Shown one piece after another: positions 41,101-55,491 of a stretch of 64,000 nucleotides of DNA. Below the pieces are notes generated by a model, which made no database searches, was not told the origin of the DNA, and saw nothing but the letters and a program-made list of their open reading frames with translations. Each line of letters starts with the position of its first letter. The first letter of the stretch is position 1. The position numbers were made by a program, and so were the translations under genes. The stretch spans positions 42,346,001 to 42,410,000 of the forward strand of contig OZ024750.1 of NCBI GenBank assembly GCA_964016885.1, written 5' to 3'. Origin of the DNA: Eledone cirrhosa (taxonomy: Eukaryota).

Positions 41101-44100
41101 ATGTCTACACACTAGATGTGTACAGTAATGTCTACACACTAGATGTGTACAGTAATGTCTACACACTAGATGTGTACAGTAATGTCTACACAGTCTAGAT
41201 GTGTACAGTAATGTCTACACACTAGATGTGTACAGTAGTGTCTACACACTAGATGTGTACAGTAGTGTCTACACACTAGATGTGTACAGTAATGTCTACA
41301 CACTAGATGTGTACAGTAATGTCTACACACTAGATGTGTACAGTAATGTCTACACAGTTTAGATGTGTACAGTAATGTCTACACAGTCTAGATGTGTACA
41401 GTAATGTCTACACACTAGATGTGTACAGTAATGTCTACACAGTCTAGATGTGTACAGTAATGTCTACACAGTCTAGATGTGTACAGTTATGTCTACACAC
41501 TAGATGTGTACAGTAATGTCTACACACTAGATGTGTACAGTAATGTCTACACACTAGATGTGTACAGTAACGTCTACACACTAGATGTGTACAGTAATGT
41601 CTACACAGTCTAGATGTGTACAGTAATGTCTACACAGTCTAGATGTGTACAGTAATGTCTACACACTAGATGTGTACAGTAATGTCTACACACTATGTGT
41701 ACAGTAATGTCTACACAGTCTAGATGTGTACAGTAATGTCTACACAGTCTAGATGTGTACAGTAATGTCTACACAGTCTAGATATGTACAGTAATGTCTA
41801 CACACTAGATGTGTACAGTAGTGTCTACACACTAGATGTGTACAGTAATGTCTACACACTAGATGTGTACAGTAGTGTCTACACAGTCTAGATATGTACA
41901 GTAATGTCTACACACTAGATGTGTACAGTAGTGTCTACACAGTCTAGATGTGTACAGTAATGTCTACACATTGTCTAGATGTGTACAGTAGTGTCTACAC
42001 AGTCTAGATGTGTACAGTAGTGTCTACACAGTCTAGATGTGTACAGTAGTATCTACACACTAGATGTGTACAGTAGTGTCTACACAGTCTAGATATGTAC
42101 AGTAATGTCTACACACTAGATGTGTACAGTAGTGTCTACACAGTCTAGATATGTACAGTAATGTCTACACACTAGATGTGTACAGTAATATCTACACAGT
42201 CTAGATGTGTACAGTAATGTCTACACACTAGATGTGTACAGTAGTGTCTACACACTAGATGTGTACAGTAGTGTCTACACAGTCTAGATGTGTACAGTGG
42301 TGTCTACACACTAGATGTGTACAGTAATGTCTACACAGTCTAGATATGTACAGTAATGTCTACACACTAGATGTGTACAGTAATATCTACACAGTCTAGA
42401 TGTGTAAAGTAATGTCTACACACTAGATGTGTACAGTAGTGTCTACACACTAGATGTGTACAGTAGTGTCTACACAGTCTAGATGTGTACAGTGGTGTCT
42501 ACACACTAGATGTGTACAGTAGTGTCTACACAGTCTAGATGTGTACAGTAATGTCTACACAGTCTAGATGTGTACAGTAATGTCTACACACTAGATGTGT
42601 ACAGTAGTGTCTACACACTAGATGTGTACAGTAATGTCTACACACTAGATGTGTACAGTAGTGTCTACACAGTCTAGATGTGTACGGTAATGTCTACACA
42701 CTAGATGTGTACAGTAGTGTCTACACACTAGATGTGTACAGTAATGTCTACACACTAGATGTGTACAGTAGTGTCTACACACTAGATGTGTACAGTAATG
42801 TCTACACACTAGATGTGTACAGTAATGTCTACACACTAGATGTGTACAGTAATGTCTACACAGTCTAGATGTGTACAGTGGTGTCTACACACTAGATGTG
42901 TACAGTAATGTCTACACAGTCTAGATGTGTACAGTGGTGTCTACACACTAGATGTGTACAGTAATGTCTACACAGTCTAGATGTGTACAGTGGTGTCTAC
43001 ACAGTCTAGATATGTACAGTAATGTCTACACACTAGATATGTACAGTAATGTCTACACACTAGATGTGTACAGTAATGTCTACACAGTCTAGATGTGTAC
43101 AGTAATGTCTACACAGTCTAGATGTGTACAGTAATGTCTACACACTAGATGTGTACAGTAATGTCTACACACTAGATGTGTACAGTAATGTCTACACAGT
43201 CTAGATGTGTACAGTAATGTCTACACACTAGATGTGTACAGTAATGTCTACACAGTCTAGATGTGTACAGTAATGTCTACACACTAGATGTGTACAGTAA
43301 TGTCTACACACTAGATGTGTACAGTAGTGTCTACACAATCTAGATGTGTACAGTAATGTCTACACACTAGATGTGTACAGTAATGTCTACACACTAGATG
43401 TGTACAGTAGTGTCTACACACTAGATGTGTACAGTAATGTCTACTCAGTCTAGATGTGTACAGTAATGTCTGCACAGTCTAGATATGTACAGTAATGTCT
43501 ACACACTAGATGTGTACAGTAGTGTCTACACAGTCTAGATGTGTACAGTAATGTCTACACACTAGATGTGTACAGTAATGTCTACACACTAGATGTGTAC
43601 AGTAGTGTCTACACAGTCTAGATATGTACAGTAATGTCTACACACTAGATGTGTACAGTAATGTCTACACACTAGATGTGTACAGTAGTGTCTACACAGT
43701 CTAGATGTGTACAGTAATGTCTACACACTAGATGTGTACAGTAGTGTCTACACACTAGATGTGTACAGTAGTGTCTACACACTAGATGTGTACAGTAGTG
43801 TCTACACACTAAATGTGTACAGTAATGTCTACACACTAGATGTGTACAGTAATGTCTACACACTAGATGTGTACAGTAATGTCTACACAGTCTAGATGTG
43901 TACAGTAATGTCTACACACTAGATGTGTACAGTAATGTCTACACAGTCTAGATGTGTACAGTAATGTCTACACACTAGATGTGTACAGTAGTGTCTACAC
44001 AATCTAGATGTGTACAGTAATGTCTACACACTAGATGTGTACAGTAATGTCTACACACTAGATGTGTACAGTAGTGTCTACACACTAGATGTGTACAGTA

Positions 44101-47100
44101 ATGTCTACACAGTTTAGATGTGTACAGTAATGTCTACACAGTCTAGATGTGTACAGTAGTGTCTACACACTAGATGTGTACAGTAGTGTCTACACACTAA
44201 ATGTGTACAGTAATGTCTACACACTAGATGTGTACAGTAATGTCTACACACTAGATGTGTACAGTAATGTCTACACAGTCTAGATGTGTACAGTAATGTC
44301 TACACACTAGATGTGTACAGTAATGTCTACACACTAGATGTGTACAGTAATGTCTACCCACTAGATGTGTACAGTAATGTCTACACAGTCTAGATGTGTA
44401 CAGTAATGTCTACACACTAGATGTGTACAGTAATGTCTACACACTAGATGTGTACAGTAATGTCTACACAGTCTAGATGTGTACAGTAATGTCTACACAG
44501 TCTAGATGTGTACAGTAATGTCTACACACTAGATGTGTACAGTAATGTCTACACAGTTTAGATGTGTACAGTAATGTCTACACAGTCTAGATGTGTACAG
44601 TAATGTCTACACACTAGATGTGTACAGTAATGTCTACACAGTCTAGATGTGTACAGTAATGTCTACACAGTCTAGATGTGTACAGTAATGTCTACACACT
44701 AGATGTGTACAGTAATGTCTACACACTAGATGTGTACAGTAATGTCTACACACTAGATGTGTACAGTAACGTCTACACACTAGATGTGTACAGTAATGTC
44801 TACACAGTCTAGATGTGTACAGTAATGTCTACACAGTCTAGATGTGTACAGTAATGTCTACACACTAGATGTGTACAGTAATGTCTACACACTATGTGTA
44901 CAGTAATGTCTACACAGTCTAGATGTGTACAGTAATGTCTACACAGTCTAGATATGTACAGTAATGTCTACACACTAGATGTGTACAGTAATGTCTACAC
45001 AGTCTAGATGTGTACAGTAATGTCTACACACTAGATGTGTACAGTAATGTCTACACACTATGTGTACAGTAATGTCTACACAGTCTAGATGTGTACAGTA
45101 ATGTCTACACAGTCTAGATATGTACAGTAATGTCTACACACTAGATGTGTACAGTAGTGTCTACACACTAGATGTGTACAGTAATGTCTACACACTAGAT
45201 GTGTACAGTAGTGTCTACACAGTCTAGATATGTACAGTAATGTCTACACACTAGATGTGTACAGTAGTGTCTACACAGTCTAGATGTGTACAGTAATGTC
45301 TACACATTGTCTAGATGTGTACAGTAGTGTCTACACAGTCTAGATGTGTACAGTAGTGTCTACACAGTCTAGATGTGTACAGTAGTGTCTACACACTAGA
45401 TGTGTACAGTAGTGTCTACACAGTCTAGATATGTACAGTAATGTCTACACACTAGATGTGTACAGTAGTGTCTACACAGTCTAGATATGTACAGTAATGT
45501 CTACACACTAGATGTGTACAGTAATATCTACACAGTCTAGATGTGTACAGTAATGTCTACACACTAGATGTGTACAGTAGTGTCTACACACTAGATGTGT
45601 ACAGTAGTGTCTACACAGTCTAGATGTGTACAGTGGTGTCTACACACTAGATGTGTACAGTAATGTCTACACAGTCTAGATATGTACAGTAATGTCTACA
45701 CACTAGATGTGTACAGTAATATCTACACAGTCTAGATGTGTACAGTAATGTCTACACACTAGATGTGTACAGTAGTGTCTACACACTAGATGTGTACAGT
45801 AGTCTCTACACAGTCTAGATGTGTACAGTGGTGTCTACACACTAGATGTGTACAGTAGTGTCTACACAGTCTAGATGTGTACAGTAATGTCTACACAGTC
45901 TAGATGTGTACAGTAATGTCTACACACTAGATGTGTACAGTAGTGTCTACACACTAGATGTGTACAGTAATGTCTACACACTAGATGTGTACAGTAGTGT
46001 CTACACAGTCTAGATGTGTACAGTAATGTCTACACACTAGATGTGTACAGTAGTGTCTACACACTAGATGTGTACAGTAGTGTCTACACACTAGATGTGT
46101 ACAGTAATGTCTACACACTAGATGTGTACAGTAATGTCTACACACTAGATGTGTACAGTAATGTCTACACAGTTTAGATGTGTACAGTAATGTGTACACA
46201 GTCTAGATGTGTACAGTAATGTCTACACACTAGATGTGTACAGTAATGTCTACACAGTCTAGATGTGTACAGTAATGTCTACACACTAGATGTGTACAGT
46301 AATGTCTACACACTAGATGTGTACAGTAATGTCTACACACTAGATGTGTACAGTAATGTCTACACACTAGATGTGTACAGTAATGTCTACACAGTCTAGA
46401 TGTGTACAGTAATGTCTACACAGTCTAGATGTGTACAGTAATGTCTACACACTAGATGTGTACAGTAGTGTCTACACACTAGATGTGTACAGTAGTGTCT
46501 ACACACTAGATGTGTACAGTAATGTCTACACACTAGATGTGTACAGTAATGTCTACACACTAGATGTGTACAGTAATGTCTACACAGTTTAGATGTGTAC
46601 AGTAATGTCTACACAGTCTAGATGTGTACAGTAATGTCTACACACTAGATGTGTACAGTAATGTCTACACAGTCTAGATGTGTACAGTAATGTCTACACA
46701 CTAGATGTGTACAGTAATGTCTACACACTAGATGTGTACAGTAATGTCTACACACTAGATGTGTACAGTAACGTCTACACACTAGATGTGTACAGTAATG
46801 TCTACACAGTCTAGATGTGTACAGTAATGTCTACACAGTCTAGATGTGTACAGTAATGTCTACACAGTCTAGATATGTACAGTAATGTCTACACACTAGA
46901 TGTGTACAGTAGTGTCTACACACTAGATGTGTACAGTAATGTCTACACACTAGATGTGTACAGTAGTGTCTACACAGTCTAGATATGTACAGTAATGTCT
47001 ACACACTAGATGTGTACAGTAGTGTCTACACAGTCTAGATGTGTACAGTAATGTTTACACATTGTCTAGATGTGTACAGTAGTGTCTACACACTAGATGT

Positions 47101-47808
47101 GTACAGTAATGTCTACACACTAGATGTGTACAGTAGTGTCTACACACTAGATGTGTACAGTAGTGTCTACACACTAGATGTGTACAGTAATGTCTACACA
47201 CTAGATGTGTACAGTAGTGTCTACACACTAGATGTGTACAGTAATGTCTACACACTAGATGTGTACAGTAGTGTCTACACAGTCTAGATGTGTACAGTAG
47301 TGTCTACACAGTCTAGATGTGTACAGTAGTGTCTACACAGTCTAGATGTGTACAGTAGTGTCTACACACTAGATGTGTACAGTAGTGTCTACACAGTCTA
47401 GATATGTACAGTAATGTCTACACACTAGATGTGTACAGTAGTGTCTACACAGTCTAGATATGTACAGTAATGTCTACACACTAGATGTGTACAGTAATAT
47501 CTACACAGTCTAGATGTGTACAGTAATGTCTACACACTAGATGTGTACAGTAGTGTCTACACACTAGATGTGTACAGTAGTGTCTACACAGTCTAGATGT
47601 GTACAGTGGTGTCTACACACTAGATGTGTACAGTAGTGTCTACACAGTCTAGATGTGTACAGTAATGTCTACACATTGTCTAGATATGTACAGTAGTGTC
47701 TACACAGTCTAGATGTGTACAGTGGTGTCTACACACTAGATGTGTACAGTAATGTCTACACATTGTCTAGATGTGTACAGTAGTGTCTACACACTGTCTA
47801 GATGTGTA
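29150..47808. repeat. ~18.7-kb satellite of 27/29/31-bp monomers (roughly 660 copies)
   Basis: agatgtgtacagta(a/g)tgtctacaca followed by ct, gtct or c(t/at)tgtct-type endings; uninterrupted by other elements. Confidence 0.99.
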
Positions 47809-48099
47809 AGTCATAGTATTATTCTGTACTTTATAAGAATGTCTTGCTCGTGTAGTTTCATGTGGTAGAGGATGTTAAGTGTTCATGTGGGGCAGTCATG
47901 GAACTGTTCTCTACTTTCTAAGAATCTTGTGTTAACATGGTTTCATCTGGTGCAGGATGTTAATAGTTAAATTATGAAGGAATGGCTTTCATGTAAATAT
48001 AAACACTTCAAAATAAACAGATTTAAGGGGTTATTTCAGAAGGGGTTTGGTATCAAAAGGGTTAAGAAAATTGAACAGAAATCGAGAAGAGGTTTTCAT

Positions 48100-48317
48100 T
48101 TAACCCTTTTTTTAGCATTTGCGTTACTCTAGATTTACTACTGTATTTTCACAGAAAAGGCTTAATCTCATAATATCTAATCTACGAGATTTTGATATTA
48201 CTTATTTTGTGAACAATGCATTAACATTGGTATGAGTGGCCGGTTATGACCAGTTTGAACAGAAAGAGGTGACAGAGTTCTGACTAGATATGGCTGGTTA
48301 CATTGCTAAAGGATTAA
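48100..48317 (+). mobile_element. MITE family A (35 bp from a MITE B end at 48065)
   Basis: ttaaccctttttttagcattt...ttgctaaaggattaa. Confidence 0.8.
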
Positions 48318-48713
48318 GCAAGTTTCTGACAAATTATTATTTATATAAATGACAATATTTTACGACCTCTTCTGATTCTCTGTTAAATAATTAAACGTGA
48401 GCTGCCTGAAATCAATAGAATATGTTTTATAGATCAATTTATATGTATTAAATCTGAAACTTTTTTTCTACTTCTTCTGGAGAAATGTTCCACAGCAGCT
48501 GACCTTTTTTCTGTGATAATACTACTGATCAAACCTTTGGTTGCGTTCCAATGCAGAGAAAAATAGATAAGTGTGGTTACTACTTGATAGCATAGAATTT
48601 AGGATAGCATAGTTTTTAGGAAAAAGGAGTGAATCCTGTTGTAGTTCTCCAAGTAAATCTTTAAATTTGGATAACCATTCAACACATTTAAACCTCCCTT
48701 GGACAATGTTGTG

Positions 48714-48842
48714 GAGGTATGTGACCTAGTAGTAAGGATGTTGGACTTAAGATCATAATGTCATGGGTTCAATTTTTGCTTTGAGTTGCGTGTTGTGTTC
48801 TTGAGCAAAACACTTCATTTCATGTTGCTCCAGTTTACTCAC
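48714..48842 (+). mobile_element. SINE family III/I head fragment
   Basis: Similar to the first ~130 nt of the 48904 copy. Confidence 0.7.
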
Positions 48843-48903
48843 TGGAGTCCATCCTAGCACAGTGTTGGGCTGTCAATGACACTATTGATATTACTGATAT
48901 GTA

Positions 48904-49185
48904 GAGGTGTGTGGCCTAGTGGTGAGGGTGTTGGTCTTATGATCATAACATCGTGGGTTTGATTCCTGGACTGAGTTCTGTGTTATGTTCTTGGGCAAAA
49001 CACTTTACTTCTCATTGCTCCAGTAGACTTGGCTGAAAAGAGCACCAGCAATAGCTGGGTGTTTAACTCTGCGATGGACTGGTGTCATGTCCAGGGGGGG
49101 AGTTTTGTACTCTCAGTCACTTCATGCCACAGAAACCAATATAAACACCAACTTGACGAGCCTTGGGCTTGAGACAGACTTTAGA
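48904..49185 (+). mobile_element. SINE family III
   Basis: A-box tggcctagtgg, B-box gtttgattcc, tail ctgcgatggactggtgtcatgtccaggg...tcatgccacagaaacc. Confidence 0.82.
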
Positions 49186-49204
49186 ATTTTGAGGGGATAA
49201 AATC

Positions 49205-49430
49205 AGAAACCCCACCAAGGCCAACTTTGCTTTTCATCCTTCTGGTTTTGATAAAATAAAGTAGTAGTAATATACTGGGTTTGATAAAATAAAGTACCAG
49301 TAATAGACTGGGTTTGATAAAATAAAGTACCAGTAATGTTCTGGGTTTGATAAAAAATAAAGTACCAGTAATATACTGGGTTTGATATGTTCAACTCCCC
49401 TCCTTCCCCCTCCCCCAAATTGCCCTCTTT
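49205..49430 (+). mobile_element. SINE family II fragment with an internal ~33-bp segment amplified about 4 times
   Basis: tttgataaaataaagtaccagtaatatactggg repeated between 49247 and 49386. Confidence 0.75.
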
Positions 49431-50207
49431 CAGCCAGTTTTAGAGTTACCAAAAGTACAGGAGGTGGTGTGGTGTAGAAATTCTATTTGAAACTTGTAAT
49501 TTTGTGAGAGTTGCACAATATATACATAAGACAGGAATGTAGGAATTAGTTATTCCACCATTCTTTTGTTCTTTATATATATAGTTCTTTTTATTGTTTA
49601 TATGAGTGCTTTGTTGTCTTATTCCTCATTTCACATTCTTATTCTTTTATTCTTTGTATTTGTTATTCCTTCATTCTTTTGTCTTTGTTCTTTTATATCA
49701 TTCTGGAATTGGTCTCCTTGCTTTATCATGTATTTTCTTTAACTCTCATGCAGAGACGCACACACACATGCACAGATGCACACATACACATGCACAGACG
49801 CACACACACAGATGTGTACGCACACATGCACAGACGTACTCACATACACAGACGTACTCACACACACACACACACTGACAGACAGACACTTGCACACATG
49901 CACATTTACACACACATGTACACTTACACAGACACACATACACACACACACTTACACAGACACCCGCATACACTGCCACACCCCAACACAGCCGCTCTGG
50001 CACCCCCCTACAACCCTCCCCCCACACACAGCCGCACTGACACACCCTACAACCCCCCCCCCCCCACCCACTAATCAATATGTATTGATGAGGAGAATAT
50101 GCTTCAGTCATATTTTCTTCTCCGCTAGATTTACCAAGTAAGGCTACCACTGCATAAAGCCTGACCTGGCAACACAGGTTTTCACATTTTACAGTCCCTC
50201 TTTATAT

Positions 50208-50218
50208 CACTACCACAA

Positions 50219-50280
<62 letters not shown>

Positions 50281-50311
50281 TACCATTACTACCACCACTA
50301 CTGCTACTATC

Positions 50312-50343
<32 letters not shown>

Positions 50344-50389
50344 CACCACTACCATTACTACCACCACTACTGCTACTATCACCACCACC

Positions 50390-50421
<32 letters not shown>

Positions 50422-50449
50422 CATTACTACCACCACTACTGCTACTATC

Positions 50450-50496
<47 letters not shown>

Positions 50497-51102
50497 TACC
50501 ATTACTACCACCACTACTGCTACTATCACCACCACCACTACTACTACTACTACCACCACTACCATTACTACCACCACTACTGCTACTATCACTACCACCA
50601 CTACTACTACCAGCACCACTACCATTACTACCACCACTACTGCTACTATCACTACCACCACTACTACCATCACTACTACACCACTACCATCACCACCAAC
50701 CAGACTGTGGTGTCATTATCCTTGTCGACATGATGATGGTGGTGGTGGTAGTAGTTGTGGTAGTAGTGGTGGTGGTGTTGGCGGTGGCGGTAGCAGTCAT
50801 GGTGGTGGTAGTAGTAGTAGTAGTGGTGGTGGTAGAAGTAGTAGTAGCAGTAGTGGTGGTGGTGGTGGTAGTAGCAGTAGGAGTGGTGGTGGTGGTGGTA
50901 ATAGTAGTTGTGGTTGTGGTGGTGGTGGTGGTATTGCGCTCTCTCAGACTGCTAAAAAGTAGGTTACCCCCTCCACCACCGCCACTACATCCACCCACAC
51001 CCACCACCATTGCCACTACCACCACCACCACCATACCACCATACCACCACCACTATCACCATCACCACCATACCACCACCATACCACCACCACCACCACC
51101 AC
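50208..51102. repeat. (CTA/CAC)n, (GGT/AGT)n and (CAC)n tracts in alternating orientation
   Basis: Direct inspection. Confidence 0.9.
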
Positions 51103-51284
51103 ATCTGGCAACTTACCATTTCTCTATTGACACAATTCATCATGTTTTGTTTCTTAAAACAACATTTCAGTTGTTTACTTTGGTGTGAGGAATTTTACTT
51201 CAGCAGACAGAAACCCATTTTGGGCTGGAAAAGAGTTGGATTTGAAACCTTGTTATTTAGGGTCTGTTTGGAATAACCATGGTT

Positions 51285-52043
51285 TACTGTAAGGCATAAC
51301 TGGTATTTAATGTCCACTGTAGGATATAACTGGTTTTTAATGTCCACTGTAGGATATAACTGGTATTTAATGTCCACTGTAGGATATAAATGGTATTTAA
51401 TGTCCACTGTAGGATATAACTGGTATTTAATGTCCATTGTAGGATATAACTGGTATTTAACGTCCACTGTAGGATATAACTGGTATTTAATGTCCACTGC
51501 AGGATATAACTGGTATTTAATGTCCATTGTAGGATATAACTGGTATTTAATGTCCACTGTAGGATATAACTGGTATTTAATGTCCACTGTAGGATATAAC
51601 TGGTATTTAATGTCCATTGTAGGATATAACTGGTATTTAATGTCCACTGCAGGATATAACTGGTATTTAATGTCCATTGTAGGATATAACTGGTATTTAA
51701 TGTCCACTGTAGGATATAACTGGTATTTAATGTCCACTGTAGGATATAACTGGTATTTAATGTCCACTGTAGGATATAACTGGTATTTATTGTCCACTGT
51801 AGGATATAACTGGTATTTAATGTCCACTGTAGGATATAACTGGTATTTAATGTCCATTGTAGGATATAACTGGTATTTAATGTCCACTGTAGGATATAAC
51901 TGGTATTTAATGTCCACTGCAGGATATAACTGGTATTTAATGTCCACTGTAGGATATAACTGGTATATATGGTCTGTTGTGGGATATAACTGGTATATAT
52001 GGTCTGTTGTGGAATATAACTGGTAAATATGGTCTGTTGTAGG
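51285..52043. repeat. 30-bp minisatellite tggtatttaatgtccactgtaggatataac, ~25 copies
   Basis: Exact 30-nt register in the listing; the last three units are diverged. Confidence 0.98.
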
Positions 52044-52130
52044 AAAAGGAGTAAAAATGGTAAAAAGGAGCAACAGCTGTTTGTGGAATTCATTGTTTGA
52101 ACTGTGGTTTGCCTTCTTCAAAAACCATTA

Positions 52131-52304
52131 TCAACTCTTATGATACCAAATTCCCTGAAACTGCCCCTGGTTCTGTGATATACAACTGTATTTTATGTAA
52201 GAGCTTTGTTAAGTTATATTCCAAACACCAGATAAATAATGCAAAAGTTAGTTATATTACTTGGTCCCTAAATGTCATTAGAAATATGGTCACAAAACGG
52301 TTAA
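52131..52304 (+). mobile_element. Short MITE family B copy
   Basis: tcaactcttatgataccaaattccctgaaactgcccctggttct...tcattagaaatatggtcacaaaacggttaa. Confidence 0.72.
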
Positions 52305-52382
52305 CAAAGGAACTGGAGGTAAAAAAATATAAAATTGGAGAAGTGATCACAGCCACCTGGTGCTAAATTCTAGAAGAATTCT

Positions 52383-53024
52383 TTAACCTTTCTGATCCTA
52401 AATTCTCTGTAATCAACTCCTGGTTCTATGACCCAAAGATGTTTGTCATAAAATGTTTAAATTTAAACCTTCCCCTCATAATTTTATAGTTCGAAATTTT
52501 GTTAAATTATTTCAAACTCCATCTTAATTGTTTTTACATTTGGCACAAGGCCAGCAATTTGAAGGGAAAGGGAATGTCGATTAAATTGACACCAGTGCAT
52601 TACTGGTAGTTTATTTTATTGACCCTGTAAGGATGAACACCAAAGCTAACCCCAGAGGGATTTGAACTATATACTGTAATGCATGTTGTATGATGTTCTA
52701 CTGATATACCACCAGTCTACTGCCCCTGACATCACCAAAGCTAACCCCAGAGGGATTTGAACTATATACTGTAATGCATGTTGTATGATGTTCTACTGAT
52801 ATACCACCAGTCTACTGCCCCTGACATCACCAAAGCTAACCCCAGAGGAATTTGAACTATATACTGTAATGCATGTTGTATGATGTTCTACTGATATACC
52901 ACCCTGACATCAGCTTAATATTGAAAAATTCCTATTACTGAATCCCTACAAATTCTTGATAATTTTGAAATTTAATTGAAAATATTTGGTAATTTCATTA
53001 GAAATCTGGAAGCAGAAGGGTTAA
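52383..53024 (+). mobile_element. MITE family B carrying a SINE II insertion (52525-52910, minus strand) with a 95-bp segment triplicated
   Basis: ttaacctttctgat...ttcattagaaatctggaagcagaagggttaa; caccaaagctaacccc at 52638, 52733 and 52828. Confidence 0.7.
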
Positions 53025-53290
53025 GTATGTTTGTCAGAGAGGTTATCCAATTATCAAGATTCCATGTGTCCTGTGTAGTATGTCTAGTTATATCACCAAA
53101 ACCTACCACCCAGTTGTTAATTTACAATGAAAGTCGACAAGATTAATGATTTTTCTCTTCACCTTTGTCTTCTCCATATTCTAAGATTTAATCCACAAGC
53201 TAAAGTACAGCCATGTTCAACTTCAACTTTCTTGCTATCATTTTAAATTTTCTTTTACTATTTTCTTATCTTTTTATGTATGAATTAACT

Positions 53291-53921
53291 GTAACCCTTT
53301 CGTTAACGGTGTCTTTTATTTTCAAATAATTTGGAAAAATATCGACAACTTGGAAAGAATTAGTAAAACAACTAAACTTTATTCATTATTAAACTGGTGT
53401 TTGGAACAAAACTTAACCATTTCTTGGCTGTATTTCTATTGAAATACTCTTTCAGTTAATGAAGAATTTTGAAGGATTTACTAAAATTATTAATTATTTC
53501 ATTACTAAGATAGTAACTTAATGTAAGGTTCTTATATAAAATGATGTTGGAAGATTTTAATTTGAATGGGTGATTTTATTTCATAGAACCAGAGCCGGTT
53601 TTAGCAGCATTGGTAAGCCTTTCGTTAACACTCTTTGATTTTCAAATAATTTTGGAAAATATCAAGAATTTGGAAGAATTTAGATTTAAAAAAAACAATT
53701 AACTTTATCATTATTAAGCTGGGGTTTGGACCAAAACTTTTTTATTTTAACTGCATTTCTATTGAAATACACTATTTCAATTAATTTGTGAAGAATTATG
53801 AGGGATTTACTAAAATTATTAAACTAGGATTGTAACTTAACATGGTTCTTCCATGAAATTATTTGGAAATGGGCAATTTTGTTTCATAAAACCAGAGCCA
53901 GTTTGGTATCAAAAGGATTAA
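53291..53921 (-). mobile_element. Tandem pair of diverged MITE family B copies
   Basis: cctttcgttaac...ttttcaaataatttgg occurs at ~53295 and ~53618; ends gtttggtatcaaaaggattaa. Confidence 0.65.
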
Positions 53922-54113
53922 TCCTTTAGCATTCACATTTTATATTTACTATTATATTTTCATGGTAAAGGCTTTACCTCGCATAATTATCTCACATAAT
54001 ATCGAATCTATGAGATTTTGAAAGTATTTATTTTGAGAACAATACCTTAACATCAGTTTGAGCGACCAATTACAGCCAGTTTCAACAGAAAGAGGTAGAG
54101 AATTCTGGCCGGT
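53918..54113 (+). mobile_element. MITE family A, 3'-truncated
   Basis: Near-identical to 24658-24845. Confidence 0.8.
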
Positions 54114-54592
54114 TAATAAATGTTTTTACATTTAATTATGATAAAAGGTTTTTTGATAAATATAAAGTAATTTTAACACAATTTTACTAATAGAAGCTTT
54201 GTTGTAATATTTTTAACTATAATATAGTCTAATAATGGGAGTTTATAAACCAGGGATGGTTTCAGGTGAGTTGCTTTCTAAAGGGTTAAACAGTATGATT
54301 TGACAAAGTAAAATCAATATGCAATTTCTTTAGCAATCAGGGCACCTCTGGCTGTATGGAGTCTACTTTGTAAAGTGGACAGACGAAATTACAAGAATTA
54401 TCTTTGAAAACTAAATGGATATAGTTATATTGAACACAAGGGAGAAATATCTAACAAAAACACTTATTTCACTGAAAATTGAATGTCCATTAATTATCTT
54501 TGGCACCATACACTCTCTAATGTGGACTGTAAATTGTACAAGTTGGCTTGGCATATATATTGGCCATCAGACTATTGGTTGAAAATTCTCTG

Positions 54593-55008
54593 TTAACCCA
54601 TCTCATACCAAATCATCCAAACTGGCTCCGGGTTCTTTTGTTTTAAAGTGTTTATAATTTTAAAAACGTTTCATTATAATTTTAAAAAAAAAAAAAAACT
54701 TCTATCAATTTTTAAAATGTTCCACCATAATTTTCTTTTAAAAAAACCTTACATCCTAAAAAGTTTCCATTGTAATTTTTAAAAAAATATCCATTTTAAT
54801 TTTAAAAGACTTCCATTTTAAAAAGCTATCCATCTTAATTTCAACTAAGAAAATTTTGTTAAATTAGATTTCAAACACCAGCTTTAAAAAAAAAATAGTA
54901 TATTTTACTAAATCTTTCCAAATTCTTGGTTATTTTCAAAATAAAATTTGAAATTCATAGGGAGTGTTTTTCATTAGAACTGTAGAACTGTGGTAAGGAA
55001 AAAATTAA
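54593..55008 (+). mobile_element. MITE family B with degenerate internal tandem repeats
   Basis: ttaacccatctcataccaaa...tcattagaac...tggtaaggaaaaaattaa; repeated tttaaaaa..ttccat..taatttt at 54640-54845. Confidence 0.6.
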
Positions 55009-55491
55009 ATTTATACTTAGCATATAAGTTAATCTTCCAAGCACTGGGTAAATGGTAAATGTCATGGGGGATGTTCTTAACAATGGAATTTCTAGCAGAT
55101 GACTGTAACTATATATATATATTACCGTGTGAGTATTGTATATATATGTATTACAGTATATGTGTGTGTATACACATACATATATACAGTAGTATACCTT
55201 TTAAAAAATACCTTAATTAAATCATACTCATTAACTGTTGTCACCAATGTATCAACTGTTGGTGGTACAGTTTGTACTTTGATGCTGATATATACTGTTT
55301 TATTATCATCACCATCATCATTACCACAACCACAACCACTGCCATCATCACCATCAGCAATATAGTGAATAAAGTTCAAACTTTAATAGGGAATATTTGT
55401 TAATTTGTTCAAGTGGACGTTAACAGCTCTGAATTACTTTTTTTTAACGACTTAACAGTCAAAAGTTCTGGAAAGATCTTTATTTTCATAC

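Noticed and set aside
29150-47808. CRISPR-like array or CxHxCxH zinc-finger ORFs
   Set aside because: Monomers are contiguous with no unique spacers, there are no cas genes and the context is eukaryotic; the short ORFs arise wherever several 27-bp units are adjacent.
51195-52121. Overlapping long ORFs on both strands
   Set aside because: A 30-bp tandem repeat is open in several frames; no coding signature.
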